Below are positions 29,312-38,974 of a stretch of 64,000 bases of DNA, piece by piece. The notes under the pieces are model-generated. The model was given only the letters and a program-made list of their open reading frames with translations. It did no database searches and was not told where the DNA came from. The stretch covers positions 18,307-82,306 of the forward strand of contig CAZCCH010000004.1 in the NCBI GenBank assembly GCA_964497315.1. The letters are read 5' to 3'. Origin of the DNA: an uncultured Planctomycetia bacterium (GTDB lineage Bacteria; Omnitrophota; Gorgyraeia; Taenaricolales; CAZCCH01). Position 1 is the first letter of the stretch; each line of letters begins with the position of its first letter. Both the position numbers and the translations under genes were made by a program.

Positions 29312-31422
29312 AATTCAACCCTTGTTAATTCCATATTGGCGCAATGGTTAACTACCTCGGCAGGTGTGGTAACCCAAGCTTTCGTATCTTTAGTAACAAT
29401 TTCCAAAAAACTTCTATATATATCAAAAATCTTTCCTTTCATGCCAAAGTGAGAATCTGGATGTATATTTAAAGTAGCCAAGCCACCCATTTCCTTTATC
29501 CAGCTTAATTTATTAAGCCATAATTTCAAAATTTCCTCTGGTGTCTTTTTCAAAAAAACACAAGTAGAGTCTTGTGGCAAGGTTAATGGTAATTCCATAA
29601 GTTTACCCAAACGATATGGAAAAATGCTGCAGCAACCGCTTCTATAAGGAGGCCTTGCAGAAATTTCAGTATCTGGGAATGTAGAATCGTATTCAAAAAA
29701 TTCTGAAATTGCACGCAATAAAGTCGGCGTCCTCAACAATGAAGGTGATCTAAAACCCTTCATGTTGTATTCCTTTATTGTATTTCGATATTTCTCTAAC
29801 CTAGAACATATCTCTGATTGCGAAAGATAAGGTAAACTTTCATCGTGGTTATCGCCATGACAGGCTACTTCATTTTCTCCTTTAAGTACTTCATGGAAAA
29901 ACCGCCCACCAAACTCTACATTCTTCAATACAACAAACCAGCAGGATTTAACACCAAATTCTGCTTCAAGGTGTAGGAATTTTTCTGCTGGCTTAAAACC
30001 TTTGTTTGTATCTATGTCATGCGTTAAACATACAGCATATTTTTTTTCTTCGGGCCATTTAATCTGACTAAGTTTACCTCTTATAGTCCTTTTTAGTAAA
30101 TCAACTGTTATGTCTTCAGGCCAATTTGGAAAGTTTACACGTTGTCTTTTTAAACTATGTAAACCTGTCAGCCACTGGGCAATCAAAACCCTTATTGAAC
30201 CAGGTACTAAATGATAGTGAAAAGGTAAGTATGAAGTCCAGGGTCTTTTGGATTTTAGGTATCTTTCTGCTAAGATGCAATCTATGGTATCATTTATGTC
30301 CAAATCAAGATTTAGTCTTTCTTTAAAGTTAACATATTTGGCAGGGATTCTCCGTAACGCCTCAAGCACCCCTTTGGTTATGCTCAAAGTTACCCTTGCC
30401 TTATTCAAGAATCTTACTTTATTAAACTGCTCTGCCAGTTTTACATCTGGACAAAAAATGATATCATAACGTTTTTTCTTTACACTGCTTCGCCATAGAC
30501 AGCGTAGATTAAAAAATTGTGCAGGAAAATCCATGGTACGTAAATCACTATGAGAAATATTATTAGATAAACCATTTCTAACTTGTGATTTGCTTGTAAA
30601 ATCTACAAAATTACCTTGCCTGGCTATTTCAAGGCATTTAAGATGAAAATCTCTTAAAAAATCTAAATCTGTGTTTGAAGTAACTGCCATAATTCTTAAT
30701 GGCCTGCCCCATTTTTGATAAAACCTTTGTCTACTCTCGTCAAATTTCTTCTGGCGGTCACTTAATTTTTGAACAGATTTGTGTTCATAATGATGAACGT
30801 AAGCACCCTTTGCAATTACACAAATAAACCCAATCTCTTTGGCCCTATAAGAATAATCTGTATCTTCAAAAAAGAACCCACTTAAAAAATCATCTAGATA
30901 TCCTATTTTTTCTATTAACTGGCGTTTAACCAACATGCAAAAACCTATCGTACTGCCGATTTCGCGAAATCCACCACCTTCTAACTTGAGTAGTTCTTTA
31001 GATAAAGTATCTACTGTCTCAGATCCCTTAAGGCAAATACCAAAGTTATTGCTATTTGGATTAACTATGCCTATGTCTTCCCTTAGGTTTGCAACCCGAA
31101 TCATTTCAGAAAGCCACCCCTTAGTTACTAAGGTATCATTATTGAGAATACAGGAAAAAGGTGCGCTTGAGGCCTTCAGTCCTACATTATTTCCACCTAC
31201 AAACCCGAGGTTTTCTTTATTCGTAATCAATTTAATTTCAACATGTTCTGTGGACTTAAGGTTTTGTAGGTATAGCTTAGTTAAATTATCGCTATTATTA
31301 TCTACAATAAGAAGGCGTGAGGGGCATGTGGTTTTTTTTAAGACGCTTTCAATGCAAGGCTTTGTATATTCAAGGTTATTCCAAACCAAAACTATAATAT
31401 CGCAAATAGGAGTTTTCTTCAT
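29308..31422 (-). CDS. Fusion: GT2 glycosyltransferase + C-terminal polysaccharide deacetylase-like (NodB/CE4) domain
   Basis: N-terminal IVDNNSD, NLGFVGGN, LNNDT, FEDTDYS; C-terminal VCLTHDID, EVACHG..HD, GFRSPSL, EYDST, ELPLTLPQD, LNIHPD. Confidence 0.82.
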   Translation of the reverse strand: MKKTPICDIIVLVWNNLEYTKPCIESVLKKTTCPSRLLIVDNNSDNLTKLYLQNLKSTEHVEIKLITNKENLGFVGGNNVGLKASSAPFSCILNNDTLVTKGWLSEMIRVANLREDIGIVNPNSNNFGICLKGSETVDTLSKELLKLEGGGFREIGSTIGFCMLVKRQLIEKIGYLDDFLSGFFFEDTDYSYRAKEIGFICVIAKGAYVHHYEHKSVQKLSDRQKKFDESRQRFYQKWGRPLRIMAVTSNTDLDFLRDFHLKCLEIARQGNFVDFTSKSQVRNGLSNNISHSDLRTMDFPAQFFNLRCLWRSSVKKKRYDIIFCPDVKLAEQFNKVRFLNKARVTLSITKGVLEALRRIPAKYVNFKERLNLDLDINDTIDCILAERYLKSKRPWTSYLPFHYHLVPGSIRVLIAQWLTGLHSLKRQRVNFPNWPEDITVDLLKRTIRGKLSQIKWPEEKKYAVCLTHDIDTNKGFKPAEKFLHLEAEFGVKSCWFVVLKNVEFGGRFFHEVLKGENEVACHGDNHDESLPYLSQSEICSRLEKYRNTIKEYNMKGFRSPSLLRTPTLLRAISEFFEYDSTFPDTEISARPPYRSGCCSIFPYRLGKLMELPLTLPQDSTCVFLKKTPEEILKLWLNKLSWIKEMGGLATLNIHPDSHFGMKGKIFDIYRSFLEIVTKDTKAWVTTPAEVVNHCANMELTRVEL

Positions 31423-31447
31423 TAAATGTTTTCTTGCTTAAAACTTT

Positions 31448-33271
31448 TTAAATATCTCTAAACTGCATATCATACAACTTCTTATACAATCCATCTGTTT
31501 CCATAAGGTCGTCGTGTTTTCCAATGGCTTCTATTTTACCTTTTTCCAACACAATAATCTTATCTGCATTACGCACAGTAGATAACCTATGGGCTATAAC
31601 AAAAACGGTTCTGTTCTTCATTAATTTATTAAGGGCTTCTTGAACTAATTGTTCCGATTCAGTATCTAACTGAGAGGTAGCTTCATCCAAAATTAGTACA
31701 GGCGGGTTTTTCAACAATGCCCGTGCGATTGACAACCTTTGCCTTTCTCCTCCTGAAATAGTATGCCCCCTATCTCCTATAAACGTATCGTAGCCCTCTG
31801 GGAATTTTGTTATAAAATTATGCGCATTAGCAGCTCTGGCTGCGTTTATAACGTCTTTCTCCGATGCATCTTCTCTGCCATAGGAAATATTGGCAAAGAT
31901 TGTATCATTAAACAATATTGTTTCCTGAGTAACTAAACCTATTTGTGCACGTAGTGAATCTAAGCTAGCAACTCTTATATCCTGGTTATCTACTAATATT
32001 CTTCCTGATGTAGGATCGTAAAAGCGAGGGATTAAATTTACAAAGGTGCTCTTGCCTGCACCGCTTGGTCCTACGATAGCGATGATTTCACCTTTTTTAA
32101 CTTCGATAGATATAGAGTCTAAGGTCGGTTTTGTATCATAGCTAAAATTAACGTTATCAAAAACTATTTTTTCATGTAATGGTTTTAGCTTAACTGCACG
32201 CTTTGCCTCTATCACTGTGGGCTTTTCATCTAGGATATGATATACCCTCTCACTCGCTGAAATTGCCTGTTGGTTTATCATATGAACTTTACTGAGACGT
32301 TTTATTGGTCTTATTAATGAAAGCAAGGCTGCCAAAAAGGCGATAAATGCTCCTGGGCTTAAGCCTTCATATATAACCTGTTTTCCACCAAGCCACAAAA
32401 CTACTGCTACAGCTAACATGCTCAAAAATTCCGTAATAGGCCTTACGGAATTCATCCTTTTAACGGATTTCATCGAAAGTCTGTAAAATTTCTGGTTTTC
32501 TTTGCGGAATTTTTCAGATTCAGATTTCTCCATAGTAAAGGCTTTGACAACCTGCATACCAGATATAGCCTCAAGCAAAAGGGAATTTATATCTGCTGTC
32601 TTTACCTGGCTTTGCGTAGTAATTCTTTTTAGGCGGCTGCCTATTTTTATAATTGGATAAGCCATTAAAGGGAGCAGGGCAGCTATAATAAATACAAAAC
32701 TCCAGGAAATTGAGAAGTAATTTCTAATCACAAGAAGCATTGTTAAATACACTAAAAATTGCACTGGCTGATAAAATATTTCAGTTAAACCCTCAGCAAT
32801 TGCCTGCTGTATCAAAGCGGTATCATTGGTTATCCTACTCATTAGAGTAGCAGTTTTATTACGATGATAAAAATTCATGGATAACCCCAGTAATTTGTTG
32901 TAAATTCTATTTTGAACATCCCTCACTGACCTTTTGCTGGCAGCTACCATCAAATAAGAATGAGCAAATACAAGGACTTCCTTAAGCACAACCATGCCCA
33001 TAACAATTAATATGATATAGTTTAATAGAGTACCTCGTGGCAGGGTATTGATTTTATTCACTAACCCCTTGACTATTTCTGGTATGGCATTAGAATTTGG
33101 TAAGATAATTTCTTTACCGGCAAGTATCTTATCTACCAATGGAATTATCATGCCCACAGAAACACCATCAAACAGCGATGACAAAATCATACATACCACC
33201 GCAAATGCCAGAATTTTGGTGTGGGGACCTATGAATTTTAACATGCGAAAATAATTTTTGATATTAATCAT
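31448..33271 (-). CDS. msbA: MsbA-like lipid flippase ABC transporter (TMD+NBD)
   Basis: LMSRITND, GPSGAGKST, PRFYDP, GLVTQE, SGGERQR, LILDEATS, IAHRLST. Confidence 0.85.
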   Translation of the reverse strand: MINIKNYFRMLKFIGPHTKILAFAVVCMILSSLFDGVSVGMIIPLVDKILAGKEIILPNSNAIPEIVKGLVNKINTLPRGTLLNYIILIVMGMVVLKEVLVFAHSYLMVAASKRSVRDVQNRIYNKLLGLSMNFYHRNKTATLMSRITNDTALIQQAIAEGLTEIFYQPVQFLVYLTMLLVIRNYFSISWSFVFIIAALLPLMAYPIIKIGSRLKRITTQSQVKTADINSLLLEAISGMQVVKAFTMEKSESEKFRKENQKFYRLSMKSVKRMNSVRPITEFLSMLAVAVVLWLGGKQVIYEGLSPGAFIAFLAALLSLIRPIKRLSKVHMINQQAISASERVYHILDEKPTVIEAKRAVKLKPLHEKIVFDNVNFSYDTKPTLDSISIEVKKGEIIAIVGPSGAGKSTFVNLIPRFYDPTSGRILVDNQDIRVASLDSLRAQIGLVTQETILFNDTIFANISYGREDASEKDVINAARAANAHNFITKFPEGYDTFIGDRGHTISGGERQRLSIARALLKNPPVLILDEATSQLDTESEQLVQEALNKLMKNRTVFVIAHRLSTVRNADKIIVLEKGKIEAIGKHDDLMETDGLYKKLYDMQFRDI

Positions 33272-33298
33272 TGCCGCGCCCTCTATTTGTATTAGAAG

Positions 33299-34180
33299 TT
33301 ACAATTGCAATTCTTTAAATTTAGTTCCAAAATTTCCACGAATTAGCTGGAACATTTCCTCAACGCGGTTGCGATATGTGTGGCTCTTAATAGCTTGTTC
33401 GTATCCATTTTTGGCAATTACCTCCCTTTTTTCTTCATGCGCTAAATAATAATCTATAAGTTTAAAAAGTTGCCGTCTGTTTTTATACATCACAAGATGC
33501 ATGTCATTTTGAAATCCTAATTCTTCTATGCGGCAATCTTCTATCCAATTGTTCAAAAGTAACGTTTGGCAACAAAGTATTTCAAAAAATCTCATATTAC
33601 ATCCAACCTTTTTCCCTCTGTGTCTTATTGCATAATTAAAACCTATTTTTGCAGATGAATAAATTTCATCCAACTGCTTGAAATCTGCCTTACCTATGAA
33701 ACTGTTAGGATATCTTTTTTTTAGGCGTCTTAACAATTTTGGCCTGTAGCCCTTGCCCTCTGTTCCAACAAAAGCTAGGTCATATTTCTTATCAGCTGCT
33801 CTGGGTTTGTGAACTGAGGGGTCACAGGCAAATGGTATCCAATAGGCATTAATTCCTAGTCTTTGCATCTGTTGTGCGCTTTGTTTGAGCGCACAAAATA
33901 CCAAGTCATAGTTAACCGCTTGTCTGACTATCTTTCTTGAGGGATGTTTTAAGTGTGTATCCAACGCCCAGAAAACCTTTGGTTTTAAATTAAGGGGTAA
34001 ATCATGTTGATAATCACCATGGTCTATCCTGCAATACAAATCATACTCTGGCTGAATATTACCAACATCACTGGTGTTAAAATGATCTACCTTAAGATGT
34101 GGGCTATCCTTTAGGATCCTTTCTATATAAAAACCCGTAGTTCCTTCTCTGTCTTTGTTAAAAACCAATGCTATTTTCAC
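33299..34180 (-). CDS. CgeB-family glycosyltransferase
   Basis: W.PFACDP..H, YDLAFVG, YSSAKIGFN, NMRFFEI, IAKNGYE..HTYRNR. Confidence 0.75.
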   Translation of the reverse strand: MKIALVFNKDREGTTGFYIERILKDSPHLKVDHFNTSDVGNIQPEYDLYCRIDHGDYQHDLPLNLKPKVFWALDTHLKHPSRKIVRQAVNYDLVFCALKQSAQQMQRLGINAYWIPFACDPSVHKPRAADKKYDLAFVGTEGKGYRPKLLRRLKKRYPNSFIGKADFKQLDEIYSSAKIGFNYAIRHRGKKVGCNMRFFEILCCQTLLLNNWIEDCRIEELGFQNDMHLVMYKNRRQLFKLIDYYLAHEEKREVIAKNGYEQAIKSHTYRNRVEEMFQLIRGNFGTKFKELQL

Positions 34181-34183
34181 GAT

Positions 34184-35293
34184 TTAAGAACCAACTATGT
34201 CTGTAAGTTGAGAGATAACATATTCAATCTCAATTTTTGTTAGACCAGGATATATGGGAAGTGAGATAACCTCTCTGCATAGTTTTTCTGCAACTGGGAA
34301 TTTCCCTTTCTTATATCCTGAATCCCTGTATGCGCCTTGGAGATGCAAAGGTATTGGATAATGTACCAATACCTTGATCCCTCTTTTAGAAAGTTCTTTG
34401 ATAACGTGATTACGCCTAGGCACTCTCACTACATACTGATGATATACATGTTTTGCATATGGTGCTTCTAGTGGGGTAATCACATTAGCCTTTGATCTTG
34501 TGAATAATTTATTGTAAATTTTTGCATTTAATCTTCTTTTGTTATTCCATTCGTCCAATTCATTCAACTTTATATTCAATATAGCTGCTTGAATAGAATC
34601 AAGGCGCGAATTGTAGCCTTTTATCATATGTTCATATTTTGACTTTCTGCCATAATCCCTTAAAAGCAACAATTTTTTATATATCTTGCTGTTATTGGTA
34701 ACTGCTACTCCGGCATCTCCATATGCACCTAGGTTTTTGCCTGGGTAAAGACTGAAAGCACCTATATCCGAAAAGCGCCCTACCTTTTTACCTTTATATT
34801 TTGCACCATGGGCTTGAGAAGCATCTTCGATTATCTTCAGGCCATGCCTTCTAGCTATTTTTCTGACAGAATCCATATCGCACGGTTGGCCGTATAGATG
34901 GACTGGTATAATTGCCTTTGTCTTTTTTGTGATAGCCTTTTCTATTTTATCTACATCTATGTTGTATGTTATTGGATCAGCATCTACTAGCACTGGCCTG
35001 GCACCGGTAAAGGAAATAGCCAATGCAGTAGCTATATAAGTATTCGCTGTAGTAATTACTTCATCGTTTGCGCCTATGCCTAATGCTAGAAGCGACAAAA
35101 ACAAAGACTCTGTACCGTTTGCCACTCCTACTGCATATCTAACACCGCAATATTTGGCAAATCGCTCCTCAAATATCTTAACATCAGGACCAAGTATAAA
35201 GGAACCCTTAGCTATTGCCTTCTTTACAGAAGATTCTATCTGTTTAGAAACTTTTGCGTCCTGTTTTTTTAAATCCATAAAAGCTACCTTCAC
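34184..35293 (-). CDS. DegT/DnrJ/EryC1/StrS PLP-dependent sugar aminotransferase (WbpE/FdtB-like)
   Basis: GVANGT, IIPVHLYGQ, IEDASQAHGA, FSLYPGKNLGAYGDAG, NSRLDSIQAA, VHYPIPLH, SLPIYP. Confidence 0.93.
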   Translation of the reverse strand: MKVAFMDLKKQDAKVSKQIESSVKKAIAKGSFILGPDVKIFEERFAKYCGVRYAVGVANGTESLFLSLLALGIGANDEVITTANTYIATALAISFTGARPVLVDADPITYNIDVDKIEKAITKKTKAIIPVHLYGQPCDMDSVRKIARRHGLKIIEDASQAHGAKYKGKKVGRFSDIGAFSLYPGKNLGAYGDAGVAVTNNSKIYKKLLLLRDYGRKSKYEHMIKGYNSRLDSIQAAILNIKLNELDEWNNKRRLNAKIYNKLFTRSKANVITPLEAPYAKHVYHQYVVRVPRRNHVIKELSKRGIKVLVHYPIPLHLQGAYRDSGYKKGKFPVAEKLCREVISLPIYPGLTKIEIEYVISQLTDIVGS

Positions 35294-35916
35294 TTTTTAC
35301 CTCCTGTATATGGTTTTTGTCTTTTATTTAAACCTGTTACGCACTTCAACTTTCTAACATCCTTCCTAACGCGTGCAGGATTTCCGTAAACCAGGGCATT
35401 CTTAGGAACATCTTTGGTGACTACACTCCCTGCGCCTATTAGACTATTCTCACCTATTTTCACAAAAGGCAAAATAGTTACATTTACCCCAATCTTGGCA
35501 TTCTTTTTTATAACAGGTCCTCTTTGGCATTCTCTTGAAAGCCTGCACCCAGGATGTATATCATTGGCTATGGTTACGCCCGGCGCTAAAAATACCCCAT
35601 CTTCTATTCTGGTATACTGTGCCACATAACAGTTTGAGTGTATTTTTACATCTTTTCCAATGTTACAGCCATAGTCAACAATAGAGTTGTTCCAAATTTT
35701 AAAATCATCTCCGATCTTATTCTCTTCTCTTATAACTACCCCATGACCTGTCTCTAAATTTTTACCTATGCTTGAGCCCTCATATACAACCGTTCCGCAT
35801 CTTATCTTGGCGTTTTTACCTATGCGGAGCATGCGATTCTTTATCTTCCTTGGGCAGGCATAGCCTATCTTTACGTCATCATCAATCTTAGAGGGTTTTA
35901 CGATACTAACCTTCAT
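35290..35916 (-). CDS. Hexapeptide-repeat sugar N-acetyltransferase (WbpD-like)
   Basis: Left-handed beta-helix repeats, IEDGVFLAPGV..AND, IGAGSVVTKDVP..ALVYGNPAR. Confidence 0.88.
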   Translation of the reverse strand: MKVSIVKPSKIDDDVKIGYACPRKIKNRMLRIGKNAKIRCGTVVYEGSSIGKNLETGHGVVIREENKIGDDFKIWNNSIVDYGCNIGKDVKIHSNCYVAQYTRIEDGVFLAPGVTIANDIHPGCRLSRECQRGPVIKKNAKIGVNVTILPFVKIGENSLIGAGSVVTKDVPKNALVYGNPARVRKDVRKLKCVTGLNKRQKPYTGGKK

Positions 35917-36920
35917 AGCTTTACCACCTTTCCTCTGTTTCTTAGAGATTCTTCGACGGCATTTATAACCCTCACAACATCCTCTCCGTTTTTGGCATCC
36001 GAAATTGGTGTATTTTTATTTTTAATACAATCTAAGAAATGCTGACATAATAACTTCACCGGTTCTTGCAAGTCAATCTTCGGACTTACTATGTCTCCGT
36101 CCCTAAGTATATACTGAAATTCTCCGAAATTATCATAGGGCTTATCCGTAGAAATGCCTTTTTGAAAAAACTTTATCTTTTCTAAGTTGTCTAAATCGTT
36201 AAAAACAATTCTAGCATCACTTCCAACTACCCGTACTTCCCTAACCTTATTGGAATCAGCCCAGGAAACATGTATGTTGGCTATAATATTATTCTCATAT
36301 ACTAAGTTGATAAAAGCTACGTCTTCACGTCCTTCCTTGAGATAAGTTCCTCCAATAGCAGAAACCTCAACTGGGTTACTATCTAAAAGGAAGGAAAATA
36401 TAGAAATATCATGGGGTGCTAAATCCCAAACGGCATTCACGTCTTCTCTTATAAGTCCTAAATGCGTCCGCGTAGAATGTAGGTAGTATATCTGGCCAAG
36501 TTTTCCTTCTTTTATGTATTCTTTCATCTTTGCAATAGCTGGATTATACAAAAAAGTATGGGATACCATCAGCATAACATTCTTTTTTTTTGATAGCCCG
36601 CCTAGTTCTTGACATTGCCTGTAATCAAGGGTCAGGGGTTTTTCTACTAAGGTATGCTTGCCTGCCGATATAGATTCCTTTGCAAGTTGGTAGTGAGTTT
36701 TTGTTGGGGTCGCTATCACAATCGCATGAATCTCATCGTTTGAAAGCAAATCTTTATAATCTGTTGTGGTATTAACATTATGAAACTGCTGTTTAATCTT
36801 TTTTAATTTACTTTTATCCAGGTCGCAGCAGAAAAGCACATCTAAGTCATCCAAAGAGTTGAAATTTCTGATATAGTTCGGTCCCCAATGTCCACAACCT
36901 ATGACGCCAACGTTAATCAT
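35913..36920 (-). CDS. Gfo/Idh/MocA oxidoreductase (WbpB/WlbA-like)
   Basis: VGVIGCGHWG, IATPTKTH, LVEKPL, WDLAPHDIS; start moved to ATG 36920. Confidence 0.9.
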   Translation of the reverse strand: MINVGVIGCGHWGPNYIRNFNSLDDLDVLFCCDLDKSKLKKIKQQFHNVNTTTDYKDLLSNDEIHAIVIATPTKTHYQLAKESISAGKHTLVEKPLTLDYRQCQELGGLSKKKNVMLMVSHTFLYNPAIAKMKEYIKEGKLGQIYYLHSTRTHLGLIREDVNAVWDLAPHDISIFSFLLDSNPVEVSAIGGTYLKEGREDVAFINLVYENNIIANIHVSWADSNKVREVRVVGSDARIVFNDLDNLEKIKFFQKGISTDKPYDNFGEFQYILRDGDIVSPKIDLQEPVKLLCQHFLDCIKNKNTPISDAKNGEDVVRVINAVEESLRNRGKVVKL

Positions 36921-36921
36921 T

Positions 36922-37809
36922 TCATATCCTCCTATTTCCTGCAAATTCCAATAAATCCCGCAAAATCCCTGCTCTTTCATTAAATACACTTAAGGCCCTT
37001 TTGCCATCTTGTACATATCCATGGAGGGTTTCTTTGGCCTTTTTCATTCCAAATATATTTATGAAATTTAGTGTCGTCTTATCTTGCTTGGTATGCTTCC
37101 CTAGCTTCCCATCTGAAACTGTAACACTTAAAATATCATCAGCCATCTGGAATGCAAGACCCAAGTTTCTCCCGTAGCTCTTTAGGGCATTTAGCTCTTT
37201 AACTTTAGCATCACAAAGAAGTCCTGCCATCTCGCAACACGATATAAAAAGAGAGGCTGTCTTTTTAAAATGTATATCCTTGATAGCCTTCTTGCTTATC
37301 CTTTTAGACTTTGTCTTTAGATCTTCAAATTGTCCCGCTGTAACACCTGCTACGCCCATCGCGCCAGAAATGGAACTTATCAGTTTCTTTGCTGTTAGTA
37401 TATTAACTTTACGTCGCCCTAAATCTTTCACCATTAAATCAAATGCCAGCATTTCCAATGCATAGGAAGCTAAAATAGCTGTGCTTTCTGAAAATTTTAT
37501 ATGGGTAGATGGTACGCCTCTTCTAAGATTCGAATTGTCCATACAGGGTAAATCATCTAGTATTAATGTGGATGTGTGTAAAAGTTCCACTGCACAAGCA
37601 AAGGCCAAAACCCTAGCTTTGTCTTTGCCTAACATATCTGCTATTGTCAGCATCAATATAGGTCTGATCCTTTTGCCACCAGATAACATTGAATGATTTA
37701 AAGATTTATATAAATCTTTGGGGGAAGCTGTTTTTAGTGATAAAAGATATTTTCTAATAGCTGTATTTACATAAGCTCGATCTTTTTTAAAGATCTGCTG
37801 TATCTTCAT
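36922..37809 (-). CDS. trans-polyprenyl diphosphate synthase (IspA/CrtE family)
   Basis: GGKRIRP, VELLHTSTLILDDLPCMD...RRG, GQFED, KTASL, GLAFQMADDILS, GK...QD. Confidence 0.9.
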   Translation of the reverse strand: MKIQQIFKKDRAYVNTAIRKYLLSLKTASPKDLYKSLNHSMLSGGKRIRPILMLTIADMLGKDKARVLAFACAVELLHTSTLILDDLPCMDNSNLRRGVPSTHIKFSESTAILASYALEMLAFDLMVKDLGRRKVNILTAKKLISSISGAMGVAGVTAGQFEDLKTKSKRISKKAIKDIHFKKTASLFISCCEMAGLLCDAKVKELNALKSYGRNLGLAFQMADDILSVTVSDGKLGKHTKQDKTTLNFINIFGMKKAKETLHGYVQDGKRALSVFNERAGILRDLLEFAGNRRI

Positions 37810-37882
37810 TTAAATCTCCAATTACTAGTTAACCTTTTCTCAGACTTCAAGAATAATCCTCTGATCTCTACCGGTTTACTTT

Positions 37883-38971
37883 TTAATCGTTTTTTAACTT
37901 AAGCAGCTGTTGTGCCGCTTTTATGGTTTCATCAAAATTTATAGAATTAAGGCAAATCTGATTATTGCATTTCTCATTGAATCTAAATTTTTCATAACAA
38001 GGTCTGCACTCTACATCAGCCTTTATTACAATATGATTAGGACTTGGTGGATATGGTCCGTATACAATTTCATCTACAGGTCCAAAAACTGAAACAGTCT
38101 TAGTCTCTACGGCTACTGATAAATGGAGTGGACCGCCATCATTACATATTAAAAGATTGCACTCACTAAGAAGACCGGCAAACTGCCTAAGGTCTGTCTG
38201 TCCACATAGATTAGTCGCATTGAATGACATAGAATTGGCCATTTCCTGGCAAATATCTGTCTCATTTCGGGTTCCAAAAATGATAATCTTGGCATCATGT
38301 TTGGATATTAGTATATCTGCCAGTTTTGCAAAGTTTTCATACGACCAATGCTTGTAAGGAGCTTGCTCTCCCCAGCTTGCTCCTCCTGCAGGAGCAAAAC
38401 CAATTACTAAATCTCCCTGCTTTATCTCTTTGTCCTGCAAGAAATCTCTTGCCTCTTTTTTTTCCTGTTCACTCAAATAAACGCTTAAGTTCTCCCCCGC
38501 CTTTGAATGAAAATCACCCAGAGATTCTAAAAGTAAATTATAGTATTCAACCATATGCCTATTGGAATATCCATCTATTTCTACTTTCGATGTTAAAAAC
38601 CTCCCCCTTCCCTTGAAATCATATCCAATCCTTTTAGGTATCCCTAAGAACATAAGGAAAAAACTATACTGACTGTTTAAAGAAAAATCAAAAACAACAT
38701 CAAAGTGTTCGTTTTTAATTTCACTTAAGAAACCCTTGAGTTTTTTTAAAAAATCTATCTTGGAATTTTTCCACAGGCTTCTATATTCATCCTTTTCAAA
38801 GATCCATATTTTATCTATTGCTGGATTATTAACAAGCAAAGGTTGTGTTCGTACATTACATATGTACCCTATAAAACTCTCAGCAAAGTTTTCTTTAAGC
38901 GCAGCAATAAAAGGTGTAGTAAAAAGAACATCTCCTATGCCGAAAGGGTTTAATATTAAAATTTTTTTCAT
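37883..38971 (-). CDS. GT9 LPS heptosyltransferase (WaaF-like)
   Basis: GIGDVLFTTP, PKRIGY, HMVEYY, KHW, NLCGQTDL, ICNDGGPLHL, VFGP, CRPC. Confidence 0.88.
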   Translation of the reverse strand: MKKILILNPFGIGDVLFTTPFIAALKENFAESFIGYICNVRTQPLLVNNPAIDKIWIFEKDEYRSLWKNSKIDFLKKLKGFLSEIKNEHFDVVFDFSLNSQYSFFLMFLGIPKRIGYDFKGRGRFLTSKVEIDGYSNRHMVEYYNLLLESLGDFHSKAGENLSVYLSEQEKKEARDFLQDKEIKQGDLVIGFAPAGGASWGEQAPYKHWSYENFAKLADILISKHDAKIIIFGTRNETDICQEMANSMSFNATNLCGQTDLRQFAGLLSECNLLICNDGGPLHLSVAVETKTVSVFGPVDEIVYGPYPPSPNHIVIKADVECRPCYEKFRFNEKCNNQICLNSINFDETIKAAQQLLKLKND

Positions 38972-38974
38972 AAA

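Noticed and set aside
20229-37809. Hopanoid biosynthesis cluster (HpnJ/HpnP-like radical SAMs plus prenyl synthase)
   Set aside because: No squalene synthase or squalene-hopene cyclase in the window; the context is LPS/glycan genes.
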